Virus record (IMG/VR): IMGVR_UViG_3300020044_006352
Location: 1-35,340 of that record
Reading direction: 5' to 3' (one strand)
Origin: a virus
Lineage: Duplodnaviria; Caudoviricetes
DNA length: 35,340 nucleotides
Shown: piece after piece, positions 1 to 7,952 of the stretch
Layout: every line of letters starts with the position of its first letter
Numbering within the stretch: position 1 is the first letter of the stretch
Position numbers and translations under genes: made by a program
Notes under the pieces: generated by a model
Databases searched by the model: none
What the model was told of the DNA's origin: nothing
The model's input: only the letters and a program-made list of their open reading frames with translations

Positions 1-1
1 T

Positions 2-610
2 TTTGATTTGGGGCTGATCAAAGCCAAAGCAGGCGCGTATCTCTTGCGTCAGAACAAGCCTACCGCGGTGGTGGATGTTTGGGCGCCTGATCTTGAGAAA
101 GACGTTCTGGCGTTTGCGCAGTTCGTGGCAGACAAGGAAGTCGAGATCGAGGCCGTGGAGATTCCGATGGTGTCGGAGGTTATGGGCATTGCCGGGACTA
201 TTGACATCGTGTGCACTCTCAAGTTTGGCAAGTCCCGCGTACGCGCTATCGTGGATATTAAGTCGGGCCGCAAAGGTTTTTACAGCGAACATAAGTATCA
301 ACTGCATGGTTACATGGCCATGCACAACGAGAATGTAGCCGATGAATCAGATCACGTTTCGATGGTATTCAATTGGTCGCCGAAGGATTGGCAGAAAGCA
401 CCTACCTACAACTTCGAGAATCAAACCGACGCGCTCGAAGGCACTGCCCTTTCAGGACTCGTACACCAACACAAAGCGCTCTATCCCGAGCCTAAGAAGT
501 CAAACATCATTCGCGCTCGCGGCACGGTTCAACTCGGCACGGCTCCGAGCGATTGCTTCGAGATCGTGGACGTGGATAGGCTTTTGAGAGTACGTCACCA
601 ACTGGATTAA
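2..610 (+). CDS. PD-(D/E)XK (RecB/Cas4-like) exonuclease, 3' part (5' end cut by window edge)
   Basis: Frame is open from base 2. Motifs IAGTIDIV, IVDIKSG and QLHGY. Same protein as 33770-34582 but with its intact 38-aa C-terminus. Confidence 0.85.
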   Translation, partial: FDLGLIKAKAGAYLLRQNKPTAVVDVWAPDLEKDVLAFAQFVADKEVEIEAVEIPMVSEVMGIAGTIDIVCTLKFGKSRVRAIVDIKSGRKGFYSEHKYQLHGYMAMHNENVADESDHVSMVFNWSPKDWQKAPTYNFENQTDALEGTALSGLVHQHKALYPEPKKSNIIRARGTVQLGTAPSDCFEIVDVDRLLRVRHQLD

Positions 611-617
611 CAACTAT

Positions 618-704
618 AGGCCTGCTGTATATTTTTTCACATAGGGCTTTCATGCCCGGGATAAAACGTACTAACTTCGCAGTGGCAGGCCTTTTTTTTG
701 GAGG
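618..704 (+). promoter_or_regulatory. Structured intergenic leader with terminator-like T-tract and SD
   Basis: AGGCCTGCTGT (618-628) pairs with GTGGCAGGCCT (682-692). Inner hairpin GGGC-tttcat-GCCC (644-657). T8 tract, then GGAGG at 700-704. TAACTTCG at 672-679 resembles a TAnnTTTG element. Confidence 0.4.
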
Positions 705-709
705 ATGAT

Positions 710-1135
710 ATGGTAAATGAATCGCGTCGGAAAATGCCAAGCAGGCAAAAGATAGCAGAGCATTGGTTTAAATATTTCAAACAAAAGTATGATAGGGATA
801 TAGACCCAAATTCATGTTTTGCTTGCGAAGGCGACACCCCCGGTAGTATTCAAAGATGTCATATCAAGCCGAGGTGGACGGGCGGAGATGACTCTGTTGA
901 AAATTTACATTTGTTATGCAAAGTGTGCCATTATGAAAGCGAAGGTTTTTTTGGTACTGATTGGCATTATTGGCACTGGCTAACTGCGGTAATAGAGGGA
1001 AGATTTACTACAGCATCAGAGGTAATGGAACGCAACAGAACAAAAGTATATTACGAGACGGTGGGTCTCGACTTTGAGCGCTCAAAATCTATTGTGAACG
1101 AATATTTAGAACAACATGGAGAACTTACAATATGA
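710..1135 (+). CDS. HNH endonuclease (Zn-binding, McrA-like core)
   Basis: CFAC...CHIKPRWTGGDDSVENLHLLCKVCH. ATG at 710 chosen because GGAGG lies 5 nt upstream. Confidence 0.85.
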   Translation: MVNESRRKMPSRQKIAEHWFKYFKQKYDRDIDPNSCFACEGDTPGSIQRCHIKPRWTGGDDSVENLHLLCKVCHYESEGFFGTDWHYWHWLTAVIEGRFTTASEVMERNRTKVYYETVGLDFERSKSIVNEYLEQHGELTI

Positions 1136-1470
1136 GAAAATACATTGCATGCTATAAAGCTAATGACGATAGACTCCGATTTGAGGAACAAAAGAAGATC
1201 AAGGATTTTGCTAAGAGGGGGCAGGGTAATGTGGTAGGTTCATGTTTTGTTGATCAATTATGGTGGGCTGTTCGCAATGCTAAGCAAAATGAGACAGTGT
1301 TGCTGTTCAATGAACTTGACCCGATAAACAACAAAAACGATAGGGTTATATTAGCAAGTCTAGCGGAGGAGTTTGTTAATTTTGTTTGCGTATCGGACCC
1401 TAACCTCAACGCATTAACGGCAGGCATATATTTAAAAATATGCGAAGAGTTACCGGCAGCAGCACGATGA
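1132..1470 (+). CDS. Degenerate serine recombinase (resolvase/invertase) catalytic-domain-like protein, apparently inactive
   Basis: KYIACYK / QLWWAVRNAKQNETVLLFNELDPI / LASLAEEFVNFVCVSDPNLNALT follows the Pin-like resolvase pattern, but the YxRxS and DRL catalytic residues are absent. ATGA-coupled on both sides. Confidence 0.55.
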   Translation: MRKYIACYKANDDRLRFEEQKKIKDFAKRGQGNVVGSCFVDQLWWAVRNAKQNETVLLFNELDPINNKNDRVILASLAEEFVNFVCVSDPNLNALTAGIYLKICEELPAAAR

Positions 1471-1847
1471 CACGCCCCGAAATCACACGCACTCGAGACT
1501 TGACCTTTAGCAATTGGGTGCGGCGTAACCTGCCGAACTCCGAGACGGGCTTCTCCGTGAGTGATGTGGACTTCATGCTGTGGAACTGGCAACGCCGCGA
1601 GGTTATGTTTGTTGAAGTAAAGACCCACGGCAAAGAACTATCCACAGGGCAGCGGCGGCAGTTTCGGCGTATGCATGATTGGATGACCAAAGGAGTGGCC
1701 GGCACGGAATGGAACTACAAAGGATGGGTGATTGTTACATTTGAGAACACATCTTTTGACGACGGTAAGTGCTACATCAGTAGCATCAACATGACACAGC
1801 CCATAGAGGTGACCGAAGCCCGCCTCATTGAGCTTCTATCTTTTTAA
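1467..1847 (+). CDS. Small PD-(D/E)XK nuclease-fold protein (126 aa)
   Basis: SDVDF...FVEVK...STGQ motif. Start at 1467 is supported by the ATGA overlap and because homology to the second copy begins at 1464. Confidence 0.7.
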   Translation: MTRPEITRTRDLTFSNWVRRNLPNSETGFSVSDVDFMLWNWQRREVMFVEVKTHGKELSTGQRRQFRRMHDWMTKGVAGTEWNYKGWVIVTFENTSFDDGKCYISSINMTQPIEVTEARLIELLSF

Positions 1848-1869
1848 GGCTTCACTATTCGGAGGTTTT

Positions 1870-2445
1870 ATGGCTCTCAATGAAGTTACCGAGCGTTCCT
1901 CGGTTAGTTACCTCACTATTGCAGAGGGGAAATTGTGCATGCGGTCTAAAGAGGCACGCGAAGGTTATGTTACGCGCATGACCAAGACAGGCAAGGAAGT
2001 ACACGAACGTCAGTTTGACTCGGTTGATGGCGTGGTGACGGATGTTTACAGCAAAGACACGGAGTTCGGTCGTAAGTGGATTATTGAGTTGAAGGATGAC
2101 GTTGGACGTTACATCCTGCAACTCAGCTATGATTCATCATACGCTAAGTACATCCTGAACGCTTTGCTCAATACCTCACACTACTCGCTATCGCGCAGTG
2201 TTAACGTGAAGCCGTATTACTTCGAGGATAAGGCGTCCGGCAAGCTTCGCAAAGGCGTGACCGTTCAACAAGACGCCAACAAGATCCCTTGGAGGTTTGG
2301 CATCGGGGAACTTCCGCCAATGGTTCAGATCACCGTCAAAGGTGAAAAGATTTGGGATGATACCGATCAGCTTGCATTTTTGCAACGTGAGGTCGATGCT
2401 ATGCGAAATGAGCATTTCCTCGCTCCGGTAAACGCTCCCTTCTAA
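1870..2445 (+). CDS. Putative single-stranded DNA-binding protein
   Basis: GGAGG SD. Beta-rich sequence ending in PF. Lies between exonuclease and primase. Confidence 0.45.
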   Translation: MALNEVTERSSVSYLTIAEGKLCMRSKEAREGYVTRMTKTGKEVHERQFDSVDGVVTDVYSKDTEFGRKWIIELKDDVGRYILQLSYDSSYAKYILNALLNTSHYSLSRSVNVKPYYFEDKASGKLRKGVTVQQDANKIPWRFGIGELPPMVQITVKGEKIWDDTDQLAFLQREVDAMRNEHFLAPVNAPF

Positions 2446-2496
2446 CACTCGTGAGCATGCCGGGGCTCCTCCATGCCTCGATAAGAGAAACACGAT

Positions 2497-2529
2497 GCGG
2501 GGGCGAGCATGCTGCCTCCGCTTTTTTTT
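2497..2529 (+). terminator. Intrinsic terminator
   Basis: GCGGGGGC...GCCTCCGC stem followed by T8. Confidence 0.75.
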
Positions 2530-2547
2530 ACCCCTACCTATACAAAC

Positions 2548-4653
2548 ATGTTAGAATTAAATTACCTACAGGAGCTTGTACGCTCCGGGCTGTCCATCCT
2601 GCCCATTCGCACCGATGGAACCAAACGGCCTGCCATTAGCGAATGGGGAACGCTGCAGAATGAGAGGCCGACCGATGATGAACTGGAGGTATGGTCACGA
2701 ATGCACTCCGGCATCGGCATTGTCTGCGGTCAAATCAGCGGTGGCGTGGAGATTGTCGATGTGGATTGCAAGAATGATAAGACCGAAACGTTGTGGCAAG
2801 ACCTGAAAGAGCGACTTGCTTTGGCAAATGTGAAGTCGGCTTGTATTCAGCGCACTAAGAACAATGGCTACCACATTATCTACCGCACCACTGCCGGCCA
2901 AGGTAATAAGAAGATCGCCATAAACGCGCAAAAGCTTTGCATAATTGAGACACGTGGCGAAGGCGGGTATTTTGCCGCGCATCCAACGCCTGGCTATGAA
3001 GTGATTGAAGGAGACCTGCGCAACGTGCCGGTTATGCCGGACGATGAACGCGAACGCCTCATGGTGGTCTGCCGGTCATTCAACGAGGTTTTCCAAGAGG
3101 CACGCGTACCAAAAGATCAGATCCTCAATAAGAACGAGAGCAAACCCGGCGATGAATACAACGCAAAGATCACGCAGGCGGAGTTTTTGGCTCTGATTGT
3201 CGCTCATGGATGGAAGGTTGCCTTCGAAAAAGCAGGCGTGGTGTACCTTACCCGTCCCGGTAAGGATCAAGGCGTATCGGCATCGCTTTTCTACGGTGGT
3301 CGTATGCTCTTTCATGTGTTCACGTCCAATGCCCCGCATTTTGATTGTGACAGGTCGTATGATCCGTTTGGTGTCTATGCCCGCCTTGAGCATAACGGAG
3401 ACTTCAGAAGCGCAGCAAACGCTCTTAAAGGCGAAGGCTACGCTAAGGACGTTGAGGGGCAGACCTCGGAACCGGTGGTGTATGATGATCCTGTCATGGA
3501 GTTCTTGAATGACTTCTACCGGTTCCGCTACAACGTGGTGCTCGGAAGGTATTACTGGGCAGACAATGAGAACCCGAACGATTGGAAGCTGTTTAAGGAC
3601 CGAGATCTCAATTCGCTATGGCTGCGCACTAAGCAGAATCGTATCAAGACCTCAAAGGATTTTGTTAAAACGGTCATAGAATCCGATTTCACCGACGACT
3701 ACAATCCCTTCCTGTGGTGGTACCATAACCTGCCGAAGCATGACAACGTGGATTACATCGCTCAGCTTGCGCGAACGGTGACCACGGACTCGGCACAAAA
3801 CCAACAGAAATTCCAAACATGGCTGACAAAGTGGCTAGTGGCTCACGTCGCTCAAATGGAGACGGCAAAGGCTAACCACACTGCGCTTGTGCTAAAAGGC
3901 GGGCAGGGTGTGGGTAAGACCACGTGGCTCAATAGGTTGTGCCCTGAAGAGTTAGCGGAATACCGGTACGTTGGCCCGATCAAACGCGATGACAAGGATA
4001 TGCAGATCGTGATGGCCGAACGCTTCCTTGTGAACCTCGATGAGCTTGAAACGATGCAACGAATAGAGATTGGATCGCTGAAGAGTTACATGACTACTGA
4101 CGAAATCACCGTGAGGCGGCCATATGATCGATTTGCGGACGTTTTGCGTAGGTGGGCATCCTTTGTAGGCTCGGTAAACAAATCGCGATTCCTGACGGAC
4201 GATACGGGCAATAGAAGGTTTTTGGTGGTGGAGGCCATAGAGATTGACCATAAGCATGGAATTGATATGAAGCGGGTATGGGCGCAAGCAAAGGATTTGT
4301 TTTTGTCCGGTTATCAGTATTGGTTCGATGCTGAAGAAATTGCCGACGTTTCGTACTCAAATAACAAGTACCGTAAGGTTGGACTTGCCGAAGAGCTTGT
4401 GAATCATTACATCTTTCAACCCGATGAAGGCACGGAACCATTGTTCCAAACTGCCACGGACATTGTCGGATGGTTATCTGTCAACTTTGAGGGTAAGGTA
4501 TCCACAACCAATCTTTTCATTCAAGAGATTGGCTCAGCAATGGTTAATGCTGGCTTTAATCAGGTGAAAAAGAAGGGGAAGTACGGATATGAGCTGAAAT
4601 ACAAGGATGTTGCTAGCGATAAGTTCAATTTTACACCAAAATCCGATTGGTAG
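2548..4653 (+). CDS. Primase-helicase: N-terminal bifunctional Prim-Pol (AEP) domain plus C-terminal VirE/VapE-like P-loop helicase
   Basis: VDVD, GYHIIY and IETRGEGGYFAAHPTPGY (Prim-Pol). GGQGVGKT, LDELE, RRPY and FLTDDTGNRRF (VirE). Start moved to 2548 because 2509 lies inside the terminator. Confidence 0.9.
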   Translation: MLELNYLQELVRSGLSILPIRTDGTKRPAISEWGTLQNERPTDDELEVWSRMHSGIGIVCGQISGGVEIVDVDCKNDKTETLWQDLKERLALANVKSACIQRTKNNGYHIIYRTTAGQGNKKIAINAQKLCIIETRGEGGYFAAHPTPGYEVIEGDLRNVPVMPDDERERLMVVCRSFNEVFQEARVPKDQILNKNESKPGDEYNAKITQAEFLALIVAHGWKVAFEKAGVVYLTRPGKDQGVSASLFYGGRMLFHVFTSNAPHFDCDRSYDPFGVYARLEHNGDFRSAANALKGEGYAKDVEGQTSEPVVYDDPVMEFLNDFYRFRYNVVLGRYYWADNENPNDWKLFKDRDLNSLWLRTKQNRIKTSKDFVKTVIESDFTDDYNPFLWWYHNLPKHDNVDYIAQLARTVTTDSAQNQQKFQTWLTKWLVAHVAQMETAKANHTALVLKGGQGVGKTTWLNRLCPEELAEYRYVGPIKRDDKDMQIVMAERFLVNLDELETMQRIEIGSLKSYMTTDEITVRRPYDRFADVLRRWASFVGSVNKSRFLTDDTGNRRFLVVEAIEIDHKHGIDMKRVWAQAKDLFLSGYQYWFDAEEIADVSYSNNKYRKVGLAEELVNHYIFQPDEGTEPLFQTATDIVGWLSVNFEGKVSTTNLFIQEIGSAMVNAGFNQVKKKGKYGYELKYKDVASDKFNFTPKSDW

Positions 4654-4662
4654 TTTAGTGCA

Positions 4663-5006
4663 GGGTACCCATCGGGTAGGGTAGGGTACCCTCGGGTACC
4701 CTGTTTCTAAACTTATAAATATATAATATATATATATAGAGAGGGGGCCTAGTGGGTACCCTGAGGAATTCCCGCTAATGTTGGTAAACAGGGTACCCAG
4801 GGTACCCAAGGGTACCCAATCACTATCAAAACAACTCATGAAAATACGACCATACCAGCTCGAGCTTGCAGGCGCTATTGCGCAAACTCTCAAAAATCAT
4901 GGACTTGCCTATCTTGCCGCTGAAATGCGAATAGGCAAGACGCTAATCAGTTTGGAGGCTGCACGGCTGGGTACCCTTCAAAATGGCAAGGGTACCCAGG
5001 GTACCC
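4663..5006. repeat. Ten palindromic GGGTACCC repeats around an AT-rich core; probable replication origin
   Basis: Copies start at 4663, 4684, 4694, 4754, 4791, 4800, 4810, 4969, 4990 and 4999. AT-rich tract at ~4703-4738. Directly downstream of the primase-helicase gene. Confidence 0.8.
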
Positions 5007-6130
5007 GGCCAAAGGTGGTTTTCATTACCAAACTTAAGGCCATTGCCTCCGTGGAATCGGATTATGAGCAGGCAAGCTATAACTTGACCTTTGATTTGAT
5101 GGTGTTCAACTACGAAAAGGTGCCAAAGTTCCTCTCTGAGATCAAAGCAGCCGACCTTGTGATCTTAGATGAAGCACACGGGCTTGGGCAATTCCCCAAA
5201 CCGGCAATGAAGACCCGGCAACTGAAGCAATGCCTGCATGGCAAGCCCATCATCTACCTATCTGGCACTCCAAGCCCCGAATCGTACTCGCAGTTATACC
5301 ATCAGCTGTGGGTATCCTCGCATTCACCGTGGTCGAAGTACGCGAACTTCTACGCATGGGCTAAAGATTACGTGACCGTAAAGGAAAAACGATTTTCGGG
5401 CGTGGTGGTCAAAGACTACTCGCAGGCCAATAAAGAGCGAATTTTTGCGGAAACCGAGCATCTATTCCATTCCTTTACCCAATCGGACGCCGGTTTTGAG
5501 GTTTCGAGGGTAACGGAAGCCCGCGTACCTGTGGTCATGAGCGCCGAAGTTGCTCGTATGACCCGCGAGTTAAAGCTTGCCCGCATGACATCGTTCCAAG
5601 GTATTGAGATAGTATGCAACACGGCATCGGCCTTTCGATCATGTGTTCACCAAATTTCTAGTGGTACATGTATTACAGATTTTATAGATGATGACGGCAA
5701 CGTGTATAGAAAAGGGCTAATTTTAGACACGTCCAAGGCCAAGTACATACGAGACAACTACGAAGGGCAAAAGATCGCGGTGTTTTACCAGTTCGTTGCC
5801 GAACGTGACATGCTCGAGCTTGTGCTTGATAACACCACTTCCGACCCGAAAGTATTTGCAAACGACCCAGACTCTGTTTATATTAGTCAAATACAATCGG
5901 GATCACAAGGTGTTGACCTATCGGTCGCTGACGTGCTGATCTTCCTAAACATAAACTTTTCAGCCATGCACTACATCCAATCGAGAGCACGGCTGCAAAA
6001 GATGAACCGAACCAAGCCTGCCGTTGTGCACTACTTGTGCGCGGTCGGTGGCATCGAGGAACGAATCCTCAATATGGTGCAAAACAAGGAAGATTACACG
6101 CTAAGCCACTTTATGAGAGATTACCGATAA
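4838..6130 (+). CDS. SF2 (SNF2-like) helicase
   Basis: MKIRPYQ, EMRIGKT, ILDEAH, LSGTP, SGSQGVDL and QSRARLQK motifs. Confidence 0.9.
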   Translation: MKIRPYQLELAGAIAQTLKNHGLAYLAAEMRIGKTLISLEAARLGTLQNGKGTQGTRPKVVFITKLKAIASVESDYEQASYNLTFDLMVFNYEKVPKFLSEIKAADLVILDEAHGLGQFPKPAMKTRQLKQCLHGKPIIYLSGTPSPESYSQLYHQLWVSSHSPWSKYANFYAWAKDYVTVKEKRFSGVVVKDYSQANKERIFAETEHLFHSFTQSDAGFEVSRVTEARVPVVMSAEVARMTRELKLARMTSFQGIEIVCNTASAFRSCVHQISSGTCITDFIDDDGNVYRKGLILDTSKAKYIRDNYEGQKIAVFYQFVAERDMLELVLDNTTSDPKVFANDPDSVYISQIQSGSQGVDLSVADVLIFLNINFSAMHYIQSRARLQKMNRTKPAVVHYLCAVGGIEERILNMVQNKEDYTLSHFMRDYR

Positions 6131-6447
6131 TGAAGTTTGAACGCTATGTAGTTGAACGCAAGCCGGTACCGCTTGAACGTGATATTCAAGCAGCGATAAT
6201 GAAGTACCTTAAATCCAAGCGCATCTTTCACTACAAAGCAATCGTATCTTCACAGGTCGGAATACCTGACATCATTTGTTGCATACATGGCAAGTTTGTT
6301 GCCTTTGAGGTTAAACGGTCCGACCGTGCCAAAGTCTCACCTATTCAACTCCGAGTTGCCGATGATATCCGCAGTGCCGGTGGTGACTCGTATATCGTTT
6401 GGTCTCTCGATATGGTCAAAGAAATAATAGAGACCTATGAATGTTAA
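6130..6447 (+). CDS. VRR-NUC domain nuclease (possible Holliday junction resolvase)
   Basis: ERDIQ...GIPDII...FVAFEVK...SPIQ. TAATG-coupled to the helicase gene. Confidence 0.85.
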   Translation: MKFERYVVERKPVPLERDIQAAIMKYLKSKRIFHYKAIVSSQVGIPDIICCIHGKFVAFEVKRSDRAKVSPIQLRVADDIRSAGGDSYIVWSLDMVKEIIETYEC

Positions 6448-6472
6448 TCGATAGCAGCGATGCTGCAGCGAT

Positions 6473-6859
6473 ATGCCTAATCCCGAAAACGTATTACCAC
6501 ATCGATTCAAGCCCGGACAATCGGGCAACCCCAAAGGTAGGGAGAAAGGTAGCCACAACAGAGCGACGATCGCGATGAAGTGGCTAAGCATCATGATGAA
6601 GCATAAGAACCTACTCACAGGTGTGGAAGAGCATCTTTCGATGGAAGATAAGATGACACTCTCGCTAATCAGGAAAGCCATTGAAGACCAAGACGTTAAC
6701 GCATACAAGGCGGTGATGGACTCTGCTTATGGCACGCCGAAGCAAACGACGGAGACCAAGATTGAAACTGATGATCACATTGTATTAAGATTTGTGAATG
6801 CCGAAGTACCGGGACATACCGCTCCATCCGGCACAGATGGAAGCACTGACGAAGCGTAA
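6473..6859 (+). CDS. terS: Putative terminase small subunit
   Basis: FKPGQSGNPKGR N-terminal motif and D..YG.PKQ. Immediately upstream of the large subunit. Confidence 0.7.
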   Translation: MPNPENVLPHRFKPGQSGNPKGREKGSHNRATIAMKWLSIMMKHKNLLTGVEEHLSMEDKMTLSLIRKAIEDQDVNAYKAVMDSAYGTPKQTTETKIETDDHIVLRFVNAEVPGHTAPSGTDGSTDEA

Positions 6860-7952
6860 ACGCTTTAATGTACTTCGCTGTGGTCGCAGATGGGGTAAGT
6901 CTCGTCTGATGTTTGCGCTTGCCGCAGAAACTCTATTCGCAGGATTGCCTGTAAGTTACTATGCTCCAACCTATACGGATTTTGAGAAACGCTGGACGGA
7001 GGCAAAGCAATTCTTTGCTCCGATTCTTGATTATGCGTCTGAAGACAAGTTCCAAATGCGACTTAAAGGTTCAGACGCCTCGTGGGATTGGTACGGCCTC
7101 CATCGTTTTGACGCGGCGCGTGGAAACCGATACGCACTGGCGTTAATCGATGAGGCAGCGCATGCACCTAACCTTGAGCGAGCATGGATAGATGTGATCA
7201 GACCAACGCTTGTGGACTTCAAAGGCGGTGCATGGTTTGCATCTACGCCTTTCTATGGCTCCTACTTCAACGACAAACTTTGCACGAGAGAAGACGATCG
7301 TTGGGCGCAATTCCACTATCCGACGCACACCAACCCGTTCATAGACCCGGAGGAATTGGAGATCACGAGAAAGGATATGCCATCGATAATCTATGCACAG
7401 GAAATCATGGCAGACCTTGTTGTTACTGCGGGTGCGCGCCTCAAGCGTGAATGGATAAAGTACGGTGAAGCACCTGAGGGCGCATCGATTGCGTTCGGTG
7501 TTGATCTTGCCATCTCCAAAAAGACAGACGCGGATTTCTCCGCTATCGTGGTTTCGGCAAAGCACAACGATTCGCTGTTCGTTGTTGATGTGGTCAGAGT
7601 CAAGGACTCATTCAACGCCACACTCGAAACCATTAAGAACCTCGCAGATCGCTACAGCCCGCACATCATCACCATCGAGGCGGTGCAATATCAGGCGGCA
7701 ATGATTCAAGAGCTGATAAGAACTACGACCCTTCCAATCAAGAGCGCGCATCCGACGAAAGACAAGGTCACGCGCTTCATACCGGTGGAAGGGAAGTATG
7801 AACATGGATACGTGTTCCATTCTAAACACCTCATCCGGGAATTCGAGGATGAGTTACTTACTTTTCCAAATGGCGCGCATGACGATATGTGTGACGCGCT
7901 CGCTTATTCATTTGCCGGTCACGCGCAAAACTTTTTCGCCTTCCAAATATGA
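6798..7952 (+). CDS. terL: Terminase large subunit
   Basis: Walker A CGRRWGKS, Walker B LIDEAA, ASTP. Nuclease motifs GVDLA, DFSAI and HDDMCDA. Confidence 0.95.
   Translation: MPKYRDIPLHPAQMEALTKRKRFNVLRCGRRWGKSRLMFALAAETLFAGLPVSYYAPTYTDFEKRWTEAKQFFAPILDYASEDKFQMRLKGSDASWDWYGLHRFDAARGNRYALALIDEAAHAPNLERAWIDVIRPTLVDFKGGAWFASTPFYGSYFNDKLCTREDDRWAQFHYPTHTNPFIDPEELEITRKDMPSIIYAQEIMADLVVTAGARLKREWIKYGEAPEGASIAFGVDLAISKKTDADFSAIVVSAKHNDSLFVVDVVRVKDSFNATLETIKNLADRYSPHIITIEAVQYQAAMIQELIRTTTLPIKSAHPTKDKVTRFIPVEGKYEHGYVFHSKHLIREFEDELLTFPNGAHDDMCDALAYSFAGHAQNFFAFQI

Noticed and set aside
1-493. Diversity-generating retroelement template/variable repeat pair (with 34087-34579)
   Set aside because: No reverse transcriptase is present. 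Differences are synonymous third-position changes of all base types, not adenine-specific.
1132-1470. Active invertase responsible for the terminal inversion
   Set aside because: The catalytic Ser/Arg motifs and DNA-binding domain are missing, and the breakpoints share only 5 bp rather than an invertase-sized inverted repeat.
2509-2547. Longer N-termini given by the ORF track (also 1440, 1828, 4778, 6037, 18710, 32221, 33469, 33605)
   Set aside because: They run through terminators, the origin, promoters or upstream genes. Downstream ATGs have SD sites or stop-start overlaps.
4713-4742. (TA)n microsatellite as a contingency locus
   Set aside because: Intergenic and flanked by iterons. Better explained as the origin unwinding element.
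4663-5006. CRISPR array from the GGGTACCC repeats
   Set aside because: Repeats are only 8 bp with irregular 1-150 nt gaps, and there are no cas genes. An origin fits better.
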